From: Lophium mytilinum
Lineage: Eukaryota
Assembly: GCA_010093605.1 (NCBI GenBank)
Contig: MU004196.1
Location: 1,386,606-1,450,605, forward strand
Reading direction: 5' to 3'
DNA length: 64,000 bases
The notes below the pieces were generated by a model. That model had not been told where the DNA came from. It saw only the letters and a program-made list of their open reading frames with translations, and did not search any database. Shown piece after piece: positions 45,770 through 55,916 of this stretch (its first letter is position 1; each line of letters opens with the position of its first letter). Position numbers and translations under genes: made by a program.

Positions 45770-46242
45770 ATCGTCCTCCATGAGTCGATCGAAGGCATTC
45801 GCATTTACGTCTGTTTGTGGTTTGGCCATAGTTTCGTGCGTCACGTGGGGTCCGTAACCATGGGTTGAGCGTTCGAGGCGTGGTTGATCCTCGGTTAGAA
45901 GTGGTCGTTTGGTCGAGGTAACGTAAACAATAGCCGTATCGCGATAAGATGAGTGGAAAGAGGAAGTAGTGAAATTTTCGGTGTAGAAAATATTTCTGGT
46001 GCGTCATTGGAAAAGAGCGTACGAAAGGAGGAAAGAAGTTTCAGCCTGTAGGCATAATATCATGGTCTAGGCAGTGAGATTAGAAGTCTGTATAGGACCG
46101 AGATAAAAGCTGGGCATACCTTGCAACTGCTTGCGGTACACCGATAGGCTTCAAAACACAACAAGAAATGTAAGGGCTGACGCAGGAGAGATTATTTGAC
46201 CTAACAAATACTTGCTAGCTAGGGAGCTCCTTACACTGGTGT

Positions 46243-48003
46243 CTAACGAGCAGCCGGAGCAAGCCTGGAGCCGGAGCAGTATACCGGTGTGCCCTCGAAC
46301 GGCGCCACCAACTCCTCCAACCTCTTCTCCAACCCCTCTTCCCCCTTCTCATACGTGAAGACCGTCTTCGGAGGCCCCTGATTATTGATACACTCATTCC
46401 ACCGTACATCCTCATCCCAACCCCACCGCATCTCCTCCGACTCCCCCTTATACGGGACATCACCCGCCGTACTTATCAACGTCACCTGCACCCCGTACCC
46501 ATCCGCCAGCCGCATGAACGCGACAATATCCACCCCCCACTTCTCCAGCACCGCGATCTTACCTTCGAGCTTCAGCCTCGTTAGACCGGGAAAACAACGC
46601 GCTTTCATCACCAGAACCTCTTCAAGCGCGGTGAAAAGGTGCCGCGTCACGAACCCCGTGATCTGCTCCCCATAGCCCAGCGCCCCAAGATCCCGTACAT
46701 GCGTAATCCACAGCTCCTCCAGCGCGGGCGGCAGCGCGCGCCACAGCTTTGCGCGGTAGTCCGTGACTGCGGCACCCTGCGTCCCCTCCGGCGGCGGCGA
46801 GAACAGCCCATCATGGCCCCACACGAACACGGGCGCGAACTTGAGCTGCCGGAGCGCGGTAAAGTGCGTGAATTGCAGCGCACACGGCGTCTCCTCGTCG
46901 TGGTCTTGCGTGTCCTGGTACGGGTAGTAGTCCTCGTGGGAGAGGGCGAGCGCGGTCAGGTGCGGCGCGTGCGGGCCAAGCGCAGCGAGGATCTTCTCGT
47001 GTTGGACGGGAGTCCAGGCCCAGGAGCAGCCGATCTCGTACATGAAAGTTTTCAGGGAGCCGGGGGTGGCGATGCGGAGGACACGAAGGAGGTCGGGGGA
47101 GTAGATCTTGCTGGCGCGCACCTCGATGAATTCGACAGGTGACGATTCGGGCGGGATGGCGGCGAGGATGTCGTGAACGGCGTCTTGGCCTTCTACTCCG
47201 ACGCGGTAGGTGTAGAGATGGCGTAGCGCCGGGAGGGCGAGGGCGCCGAAGAAAAAATCGGGTTGGTTGGGATACTTGTCGTCTTCGCCGGCCATGAAAA
47301 CGTCGGTGAGGGATGCGAAGGGGGTGGGGCAGTTGGGATGGTCGCTGCCTGGTGACGTGTGTAATCGATTCTTGTGTAGGCTGAGGCGCTGGAATATACG
47401 GAGCATGTAGCTGTTTGGGTCAGAGTAATCTGGGCTTAGGTCTAATTTACGGAGTTTGGGAAGCCCGGCCAGGAGTAATGCTAGCACGGCGCCTTCGTCA
47501 CGTCCATTCTTGACGTCCTCGAACCAAGCGGTGGCTTCCTCGTCGTCCTTTGCATACTCGGCGACCCTGGCTCTGATAATGCTGTGGAGATCACCATGCT
47601 CCGGCCAATTGATTCTGTGGTCTTTATATTCAGGTTTGTCACGGTCGAGGAAGGGTGCAGGAGCAGCGGCCTTCTCATCCCAAGAGCCTCGAATGGAGAA
47701 TGACCGGACCAGGGCTGCGTGAGAGGGAGATTGCCACATGTGGAGAGTGAGCGGGAGAAGATGTCTCAGCCCTACTCCGAATTCGATGTATTCAAGGAAG
47801 ATATCGGAGTAGAGGTGCGGCGTTGCAATCCTACTGATCTTTTTGTTGGTCAAGCAAAGTGCGGCTAGGCCTGAAAACTTAGGGGACTCTGGCTTCGGGC
47901 TCCTTGGTTCGTAGCGGAGCCATGGTTCTGGACGCAGAGGGACGAATTGGACTATGCGGTCGATAAGCTCCTCAGATAGAGAGCCATCGAGGGAGAAGGG
48001 CAT
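46243..48003 (-). CDS. F-box protein with LRR-like C-terminal region (586 aa)
   Basis: LSEELIDRIVQFV..LAALCLTNKKISRIATPHLYSDI, then LPKLRKLDL, LPALRHL, HLTALAL, FTALRQLKF and LPPALEELWI repeats. Confidence 0.85.
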   Translation of the reverse strand: MPFSLDGSLSEELIDRIVQFVPLRPEPWLRYEPRSPKPESPKFSGLAALCLTNKKISRIATPHLYSDIFLEYIEFGVGLRHLLPLTLHMWQSPSHAALVRSFSIRGSWDEKAAAPAPFLDRDKPEYKDHRINWPEHGDLHSIIRARVAEYAKDDEEATAWFEDVKNGRDEGAVLALLLAGLPKLRKLDLSPDYSDPNSYMLRIFQRLSLHKNRLHTSPGSDHPNCPTPFASLTDVFMAGEDDKYPNQPDFFFGALALPALRHLYTYRVGVEGQDAVHDILAAIPPESSPVEFIEVRASKIYSPDLLRVLRIATPGSLKTFMYEIGCSWAWTPVQHEKILAALGPHAPHLTALALSHEDYYPYQDTQDHDEETPCALQFTHFTALRQLKFAPVFVWGHDGLFSPPPEGTQGAAVTDYRAKLWRALPPALEELWITHVRDLGALGYGEQITGFVTRHLFTALEEVLVMKARCFPGLTRLKLEGKIAVLEKWGVDIVAFMRLADGYGVQVTLISTAGDVPYKGESEEMRWGWDEDVRWNECINNQGPPKTVFTYEKGEEGLEKRLEELVAPFEGTPVYCSGSRLAPAAR

Positions 48004-48664
48004 TGCGGGTAGAAGAGATGAAAGGGTAGAAGAGAATGGAAAGAATTGACTATGGAAGCCGTGTGTGGAATGGAAAATGAAGCTCTGGGCTGGTTGATAT
48101 AGGTGACTTGGGAAAAGAGTGGCAATGGAGGATGTGCGGGAGCTGAAGGCAACGGTGGGTCCGGCGCGATCGACGGGGATGCTGCCTGCTTCTTAGCAGC
48201 GTTGCGACTGGGCATCTCACAAAGATTACGGCAGATATTCTGGCCATCATCATCTAGCCCTGATGCCGGCAGGATGGCGATTCGGAGAGTAGCTCTGCCT
48301 AACATCTTACCATCGATAGGAGGAGAATTTGGGGGCCGATCGTCTCGCCGAGCGAGCTGATATTCTAAAGCAAGATCCTGACAAGGGGAGGATGAACTGC
48401 AAGCGGCCTCTACAGAATGTTGCTTCAGTATCAGATGCAATGCGGATGATGCATCGTTATAGACGAGGGATGGTGTTGAGGTCCTAACGCTATTGGTTGC
48501 GGGTGTGCTTGCTGCATAAATCTGCGAAGGTTGTGCAGTGCAGGTGCCAAGGCTCGTAAAAAACGCAGGCAGGCAGCCCAACTTCAACCTCATCTCGCCG
48601 CTCTTCACTCCACCAACAACCACAACCTCCTCCAGACAACACCCACAACCCACAACCCGCAACC

Positions 48665-49083
48665 ATGCCTATCTCAAAGAAAGACCGCGTACGGTGCCCT
48701 CTTCTTTCCTCTCACTCTCTCACTAACATCTCCCAGCGCACCCGCGAGCACAAGAAGGGCGACGCAGCAGGCACCCGCGCCGCCGTCCGCCCCAACGGCA
48801 CACCAGTCAAGGCCCCGAAGCCCACGAGCATCGTACGTCCTCTTTATATATTCAAACATCATACCTATTTTCTAAACTTCGTCTTCCTCTTTTCGCCGTG
48901 ATTATCAGATTAGGCTACAGGTTGGGCTCTGCTGACCGCTAACTATTCTAGTGCCAAAACTGCCGCAAAGAAATTGTCAGCACCATGCGCGTCCAGCTCG
49001 AAGACCACGCCTCCACCCACTCCGGCGAGTGGACCAAGGAGAAGTGCTGGCCGAACGACTTCCCGACCGAAGCCACCACCTGA
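48665..49083 (+). CDS. Small zinc-finger protein, ZNF706/At2g23090-like (83 aa, 3 exons)
   Basis: Exons 48665-48688, 48737-48832, 48952-49083 with canonical introns. Product MPISKKDRRTREHKKGDAAG...SICQNCRKEIVSTMRVQLEDHASTHSGEWTKEKCWPNDF (C-x2-C-x12-H-x3-H..C). Confidence 0.85.
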
Positions 49084-49869
49084 ACAATGCCTGCGTTGCA
49101 GTCTGAAGGGACTTTTCGAGGGACTGGCGAGACACATACATGGTCATTTCGAGCGGATATGACATGATGAATGAGACGAGATTGGCGTTTGCTGACGATT
49201 GTTATCGGGAATACAGATGAGGCGATACCAGCAGAAATGAGAATGGCTTAGACGATACCAGTGGAGATATGGAGCATACGGCGTTAGTAGTACCCGCTAC
49301 GGCGTTTATCAACTACTCTATATCATGGCATTCGCAGTATGTGAACGGTTTGAATACGCGTCTGAGTAACATCTACACTGTGAGTCAGGAGCACAAAGGT
49401 GAGTGGCGTGGCTTTGTTCTATATCTGAATTTAGATTGTGAGACTTTTTCTCTCTCTCTATCGCCCTCTAACAGCTACTAATCTTAGGTGAATAAGTTAG
49501 GTGCATTCCGTCCTTACTTTCTATTCAATGTTTCTTCTAGAATGTTTTCTTCAATGCCCAGATGCGTATAGTATACGAGCCCTCCCCCTTGAGAATCTCT
49601 ATAAATCGACTTCAATTTCCCCACCCCCCTCAAGAATTTCTAGGATCAACTTCAATCTTCTCTTCCATGACCTGAACTCATTCTCTAGACTACAGTCGTG
49701 TCAAAAGTTCCATTTCTAGTCCGCGTCACGTGATATAACCATGATTTATAAGCCTCTACCCCGTGCCGTGTGTACGCCCTATGTGTACTCCCACGGTAAA
49801 ATTATCCATAAAGTCTCGCCCAACTTTCGAACACTCGCCCACATCCTCAGATCACACGTTCTTCATACA

Positions 49870-51204
49870 ATGTCCTCCTTCGCAACCCCTCCCCCCGGCG
49901 CCTCCGCCTCTCTCAAACCTTTCACAGTCAACATCGCCGACTCCCGCGTGTCGGAACTCCATCAGCTCGTCAAGCTTTCCAAGATCGACATCCCAACCTA
50001 CGAGAACCAGCAAACCGACGGCCGCTTCGGCATCTCCCGCTCCTGGCTCATCGACGCGAAAGCCGCCTGGGAGAAATTCGACTGGCGCGAAAGCGAGAAA
50101 TACATCAACTCCTTTCCGCACTTCAGCATGCCCGTGCCCGACGCGAAGAGCGGGAACGCGGAAGGGGTGTTCAACCTCCACTTCGTGGCTTTGTTCTCGA
50201 AACGAGCGGATGCGATCCCGATCGTGTTCTTGCACGGGTGGCCGGGGTCGTTCCTCGAGTTTCTGCCGATGTTAGAGCTTGTAAGGGGGAAGTACTCAGA
50301 GGAGACGCTGCCGTTTCATGTTATCGTGCCGAGTTTGCCGGGGTTCGTGTTCTCGGATGCGCCGCCGGTAGATCGGGAGTTTGGTGCGGAGGATGTGGCG
50401 AGGATTGTGAACGCGGGCGTGAAGATGCTGGGGGTTGGGGAGTATGTCGTTCAGGGTGGTGACATTGGGAGTCGGATCGCGCGGATTTTGGCGGTGAGGT
50501 ATCCAGAGGTCAAAGGTAGGAGCTCCCTCATCTTCCCTTCCCACCATACTAGCACTCCCACTCCCTCAATTCCCCTGCCGACGTGCCCGCAAAGACTACT
50601 AGCGCTACCAACCCCATCAAGCCTCGCGCAGAACAGCAAAGCTAACCACCTCCGCACAAAAGCCGCTCATCTAAACTTCTGCATGATGTCCCCTCCCGCC
50701 GACCTCCCCCCATCTTCCGTCACCTCGCCGGCCGAGCAAACCGGCCTCACCCGCCTCGCCGCCTTCACATCCACCGGCTCCGCCTACATGCAAGAGCACA
50801 AAACCCGCCCCGCGACCATCGGCCTCGCACTCTCCTCCTCTCCCTTGGCCCTGCTCGCGTGGATCGGCGAGAAGTTCCTCGCCTGGACAGATATCCCCCC
50901 GGCCCTCCCTGTAATCCTAGAAGCCGTGTCCCTCTACTACCTTACCGACACCTTCCCTAGGAGTATCTTCACGTATAGGGAGGCGGGCATCGCCGATGAT
51001 CCGGCGTGGTTCATCGACAAGCCGGTGGGATTCAGCTGGTTTCCAAAGGAGGTCGCGCCGGTGCCAAGAGGATGGGTGGAAAGGACGGGGCGGGTGGTGT
51101 GGTGGAGGGAGCATGGGCGCGGGGGGCATTTCGCGGCGTTGGAGAGGCCCGAGGTGGTGTGGGTGGATGTGGAGAGGTTTGTTGGGAGTGTTTGGGGGAA
51201 GTGA
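49870..51204 (+). CDS. Microsomal-type epoxide hydrolase (alpha/beta hydrolase), ~395 aa
   Basis: N-terminal PFTVNI..FDWR..E..INSFPHF, HGWPGSFLEF, nucleophile QGGDIGS, FPKE and GGHFAALE. Intron 50516-50662 (GTAGGA..GCTAAC..AAG, 147 bp, in-frame). Confidence 0.93.
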   Translation: MSSFATPPPGASASLKPFTVNIADSRVSELHQLVKLSKIDIPTYENQQTDGRFGISRSWLIDAKAAWEKFDWRESEKYINSFPHFSMPVPDAKSGNAEGVFNLHFVALFSKRADAIPIVFLHGWPGSFLEFLPMLELVRGKYSEETLPFHVIVPSLPGFVFSDAPPVDREFGAEDVARIVNAGVKMLGVGEYVVQGGDIGSRIARILAVRYPEVKGRSSLIFPSHHTSTPTPSIPLPTCPQRLLALPTPSSLAQNSKANHLRTKAAHLNFCMMSPPADLPPSSVTSPAEQTGLTRLAAFTSTGSAYMQEHKTRPATIGLALSSSPLALLAWIGEKFLAWTDIPPALPVILEAVSLYYLTDTFPRSIFTYREAGIADDPAWFIDKPVGFSWFPKEVAPVPRGWVERTGRVVWWREHGRGGHFAALERPEVVWVDVERFVGSVWGK

Positions 51205-51438
51205 GAGGTGGAGGCGCCGAGGGTGCGGTATGCGGAAACCAGGCTACCTTTTGATCGAGGGACTACCTGCTAACTGAGGTTCCCCTGACAGTGGCATGTG
51301 GCTTCCAAAGGAGCGATCAAGTGTTCGTATATTGCTACATCGTCTACAAGCGTACTTGTGTCCTAGCACTATGACACAATTATTCAAATCCAATGGATCA
51401 CGTGGCGAATGAATGATGCTCCAACTAGGTGTGCGTGA

Positions 51439-52218
51439 CTACACAGCCTCAACCGTAAAGCCCCACGCCTCGTACATCTCCTCTACCTTGTCCCACCCCT
51501 CCACCCCTTCCCACCTCTTCGCATCCACCCCGCCATCCACAACAATCGTCCACTCCGTATGCTCATCCCCCCTCATCGTCCACAAACACCCCAACCACTC
51601 CTCCACCGCCCGCTTCCGTATCTTGATAATCCTCTCAATCTTCTCCAAACCGCCTTCGTCCGAAATCACAAGTTCCATCACCCAAAACAACTCCCGCACA
51701 TCCACCACCGCGTACCGCTTCTTCCCCTGTTCCAACCCCACCGAGCCGCCGACAAACTCCACCAGCCGCGTGTTCAGCTGGCGAAGCATACGCCCGAGTT
51801 GAAGGCTGGTGCTCGAGGCCGAGTGCTTGCTGGGGAGGTCGCGTGGGCCGAAGCAGATGTTGCGGAACCGGACGTGCTGGAAATGCGAGATCGCGTTGCG
51901 CTCCGTGGCGGCGAGCGCAGCATTGTCGTACATCTTGATAGCGATGGTGGCGACGGCGGTTGCGGCAAGGACCGCGTGAGCTTCGTCGTGGAGTTGTTTG
52001 TCAGTCTGGAGGATCGCGAGGCCGGGGAGGGGGGTGTGCCAGGTTTCCGACGGCTTGATTTTGTGGTGGGTTGAAAGTAGGGACTTGTAGACCATGTTGC
52101 GGAGCTCTGCGGGTAGCTTTTTGAAGTTGGGGAAGGTGGTGGAGAGTTTCGCGGTCCTGGGGGGCGTTTCTTTGCGTGGAAGTGGCTCGGGTGGGCTGGA
52201 GGTTGCCGTTGTGGTCAT
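51439..52218 (-). CDS. F-box-like paralogue 4 (~259 aa)
   Basis: FKKLPAELRNMVY, ILQTDKQLHDE, KRYAVVDV, MRGDEHTEWTIVV. Confidence 0.8.
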   Translation of the reverse strand: MTTTATSSPPEPLPRKETPPRTAKLSTTFPNFKKLPAELRNMVYKSLLSTHHKIKPSETWHTPLPGLAILQTDKQLHDEAHAVLAATAVATIAIKMYDNAALAATERNAISHFQHVRFRNICFGPRDLPSKHSASSTSLQLGRMLRQLNTRLVEFVGGSVGLEQGKKRYAVVDVRELFWVMELVISDEGGLEKIERIIKIRKRAVEEWLGCLWTMRGDEHTEWTIVVDGGVDAKRWEGVEGWDKVEEMYEAWGFTVEAV

Positions 52219-54488
52219 GGCAGCGGTTGAGGAGGTTTTATTGCACAATGAGGAATTGTTTGTTATGTGGACTTTGATGTTGTGGGGGGTACGTGGTTCG
52301 TGAGGAAGGGTTACGAACCAGGTGTTTATTCGTAGGCGTGATACTTAGAAGCGCAGACCCGATGCCAGGGGGGTTGACCAGCAGTGAATTATATTGTGGC
52401 GATTTCTTGCGGCCAGGTATTGACGCAGGTTCCTAGGGAAATTGCCAAAGCTGGAGCTCAATGGGGTTGTTTTCCACTGATGTATTTAATCTTCCTCGCA
52501 TTTTTGCACTCTGGATGATTCACCACTGCAAGTCTTTCAAATTGAGCATATCACTTGCTCACATTACCGAGACAGATATATAGCGCTCCTAGAGTCTGCA
52601 CTATGATCATTGATCATCCTTGCTTGCTTTGCTATCGTGCGGCTGGTTTCTCGATACGAAATCTCGATGCTTCATGGATGGCCTCTATGAAAGCATTGGA
52701 AGGAAACAAAACAAAAACAGAATGTGTGCCACGCGGAAGTCAAACAAAAAGTATCGCCCCTAGACCCCGGACCGTCTCGCTGCCAGAGCGGAGGACTTCG
52801 TGGGTGAATGATGGTTTGGGCTCTTATTGCAGCAGGTGGGGCAGAACCCACCCACACTGCGCCCAGGGTAGGAAGAAGCAATGCAATTATTGGTGCAGCG
52901 GATGAGACAGAACCCACCTACACTACAAATTGGGAGCTGACAAATTTAGAGCACATATGTAGATGTCAAAGAAAATAGTTTGAGGTTTACATTTTAGAGG
53001 TTCACGTATCTAGACTATCTATCTAAGACTGTAGCATGAACTATAGCGGGCTTAAGACCTGCGCGACTGAATACATGCCATTGTCTTCGTTTGTAGTGTA
53101 TTGAATCGAACACAACTATGACGGCGTAGCCGACGGCCTCATTGGTCAAGGCTACCTAGGGTCGACGGTGAATATACGCGTGGATCAGTCAAGTATTACG
53201 CGCACTGCCTTTTACACCGTAAACAACCTTTCGTTTCCGCCTACAGCTTTAGCATGCCTTATCTTAAAATCCGTCCGCCAACATAGCATCTGCCATACCT
53301 TCTCTGACCCCCAAATCCATTCGCAAGCTCCATCAATTGCGAATTATGTTGGGCACTCCGAGGCCTAGAGCTACCTGGCTAAAGAGCGCCGACTTGATGA
53401 GGATCATAAGATCAAGCAGTGTAAATACTCGTGTTCTGCTTCCTACTCTACACATCCACTGAGAATTACTAAGACATCTGGATCTATCTGCCCGACTACG
53501 ACAGCCGATCATCCCCGGGATGATTACTGTTATACTTGGCCCATCCCTTTGGCCATTTCATGGCGGGTATCGGCCAAATCGCTACTGGTATACTCCACCC
53601 AATCACGACTGCGCATTGCTACGAGCGAGTCCGCGTTTGATTTAGGCTGACACAAGTAGGCCGAGAGCAAGCAGCCCGTAACGAGGCTACGCGCTTGCTA
53701 CTTTGCAGCTTAGTTTGCGTGCTATTCTTATTATATAGTGCGCTTCTGCGCTGGGGACCTCCTAGGGTTTGCACAATGCCGGCAACCTTGTAATTATGAA
53801 AAGGTATCAAAACACAATCTTGAGCACTCCTTAAGTCTTTTTGGCGGATCCACATTGGCTTGAAAAATCCACAGTTTAACATATAATTCCTCATCCACCT
53901 AGCAAAATATACACAAACATGGTCTAATTCACGATATCCCTAAGATTTACACGAACTTAAACTTAAGGAGACGTAGTGTCTAATTCGCGCGTGGCGGTTT
54001 ATGATATTGCTGTTCAGATTTTCTCGGCCTGCTGGAGGACTTCAGATGGCGGCGGGGTGTTAGAAAAGGCTTGTTGTTTCGCAGCATCTGATTCACATGC
54101 TGTAGTCTATCACATCGCTCCTAAGTTTTCTTGCCTACTTCAGGGACTTCAGACGGTAGCAGCCAGATATCAAAACACACGCGGATATTGTTCGAGTTGC
54201 GACATAGCAATTAGGGTTACCATGGGCATAGCCAAAGATATGCTAACTAACTTACTCCCTGCAGTGGTGTCAACGAAGCAAAGATTAAACTGCAATCACT
54301 TGCAGATTTTCATTAAGCGTTCTCCTATCCTTATCCCGTGTGAACATTCTGTAACACCTGAGAGATCAGATGATTAGGCCTGGCTGCTGATGCGCAATAC
54401 TAGCACCCTCTTAAATGGCGCCATGTCAGGCCTTGCCGACGACTTCTCTACAGCCTCACTACTCCGCCGCCCCCTCCCCTTCCTCCTC

Positions 54489-55322
54489 CTAGTCGTCCTC
54501 CTCGTCCTGATCCTCGTCCTCATTCTCATCCTCTTCGTCGTCGTCGTCGTCGTCGCCGTTGTCCTCGTTTCCGTCCTCATCGTCATCATCCTCATCGCCC
54601 TCAACCACAACCTTGAACTGCTTCTCCATCTGGGCAGCCGTGATACCACTCCAGCTCACCAACCTAGCCCAATCTCCGTTCTCCTTCGCCGCTTCCGCCA
54701 CCTCAATGGTCCACATTGTATGGGAGTCTGAAGACATCAACTGGAGACACCAAGCAAACTGATCCAAAGCTTCGCGAAAGTGATCTTCCCCTTCATATGG
54801 AGGTATCGTCCAAAACAAGTTCCCAACACAGACCGACGCGGTCCGCTTCTCATGGCCTTGCATCTCCTCTGAGCCAGCCACGAACGTCTCTAGTTTCTCT
54901 CTCAGCTCTGTGAGGTCTGCAAGCCGCTTCCCGCTGCATTTTGACCAGCGCACGTCGAAGTAGTGGCCCAGCATCCTCTTGAACCAAGTGCCGTGGCTGC
55001 CGAAGTCCATCTCTTCGAACACGACATGACGGAAGTTGCGGAGAGCGTTCTTTTTTGTTTTCTTGAACATGTCCTTGTCATTATTTGGGGTAGTCCGCTG
55101 GGTGTACGGCGTGGCCTTCGGTTCGACGTGGGCGGTGCATTGTTTAGCCAAGACATCTGAAGATTCGCTGTAGAGTTGTTTGGACACAAAGAGGATGTTC
55201 CGGGCGTGGGCAGAGTCCTCGTATTCTTTGCCAATCCACGCATCGTCAAGAGGCTCGAGAATATAGCCGTAGATCTTGTTGCGGATCTCGGCTGGTAGGT
55301 CGAGGAAGTTGGTACCAGCCAT
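54489..55322 (-). CDS. F-box-like paralogue 5 (277 aa) with an acidic tail
   Basis: FLDLPAEIRNKIY, ILFVSKQLYSE, KRTASVCV, MSSDSHTMWTIEV. D/E-rich C-terminus. Confidence 0.8.
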   Translation of the reverse strand: MAGTNFLDLPAEIRNKIYGYILEPLDDAWIGKEYEDSAHARNILFVSKQLYSESSDVLAKQCTAHVEPKATPYTQRTTPNNDKDMFKKTKKNALRNFRHVVFEEMDFGSHGTWFKRMLGHYFDVRWSKCSGKRLADLTELREKLETFVAGSEEMQGHEKRTASVCVGNLFWTIPPYEGEDHFREALDQFAWCLQLMSSDSHTMWTIEVAEAAKENGDWARLVSWSGITAAQMEKQFKVVVEGDEDDDDEDGNEDNGDDDDDDEEDENEDEDQDEEDD

Positions 55323-55916
55323 CTCGAAGTTGATTGAAGAAGAGTTGTATTGATTTCTGGTGTGGAATAGAGTGAGAGTGTCTTGGGTACTGATGGGGTG
55401 CTAGGTGGTGCGGTGTCCTTGGGCAGGTGGTAGGGAACTGATGCAAGGGGTCGTTTTTATAGGGACCTTAAAAGGCTAGAATATACCTTAAGCAGTGAAT
55501 CGAAGGCGCAATGGATACCCGCCCACGGCGCCGCTTTACCTACTCGTCTTCTTTGAATTCACTGCAATGCCTTGCACTGACTGCTTACAACGTCTTGCAG
55601 TGAACGCTCATAAAATTCCGCCCATCCGATAAATCGGAGGTTCAACAGCATCGTATCACTCAGTTCCTATAACACTCTCCTTGACACCCACCACACCCCC
55701 GCAGTAGGCTTAGTCGACTTCTTCAATTGATAAAGGAGACCTTCGGTGCTTCCAATTCACCGGTACCAAGCGTTCTCAGAGGCTACAAGTATACTTCTAG
55801 GGAGCAGGTTCGCACTCCTTTACAGCATCACATCTTCCCCCACCCCACCACACAGCCCACCCACTCTTCGCTCCAATCACAACTCGTTCACAAGTCTTCG
55901 TTTAAGGGCATTCGCA

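Noticed and set aside
54211..54219. Minus-strand TAACCCTAA, identical to a filamentous-fungal telomerase RNA template, at the head of a ~2-kb intergenic gap
   Set aside because: A 9-mer is expected by chance at this window size. I could not verify a pseudoknot, CR4/5 or a terminal AUAAGU site. A telomerase RNA covariance-model search would decide.
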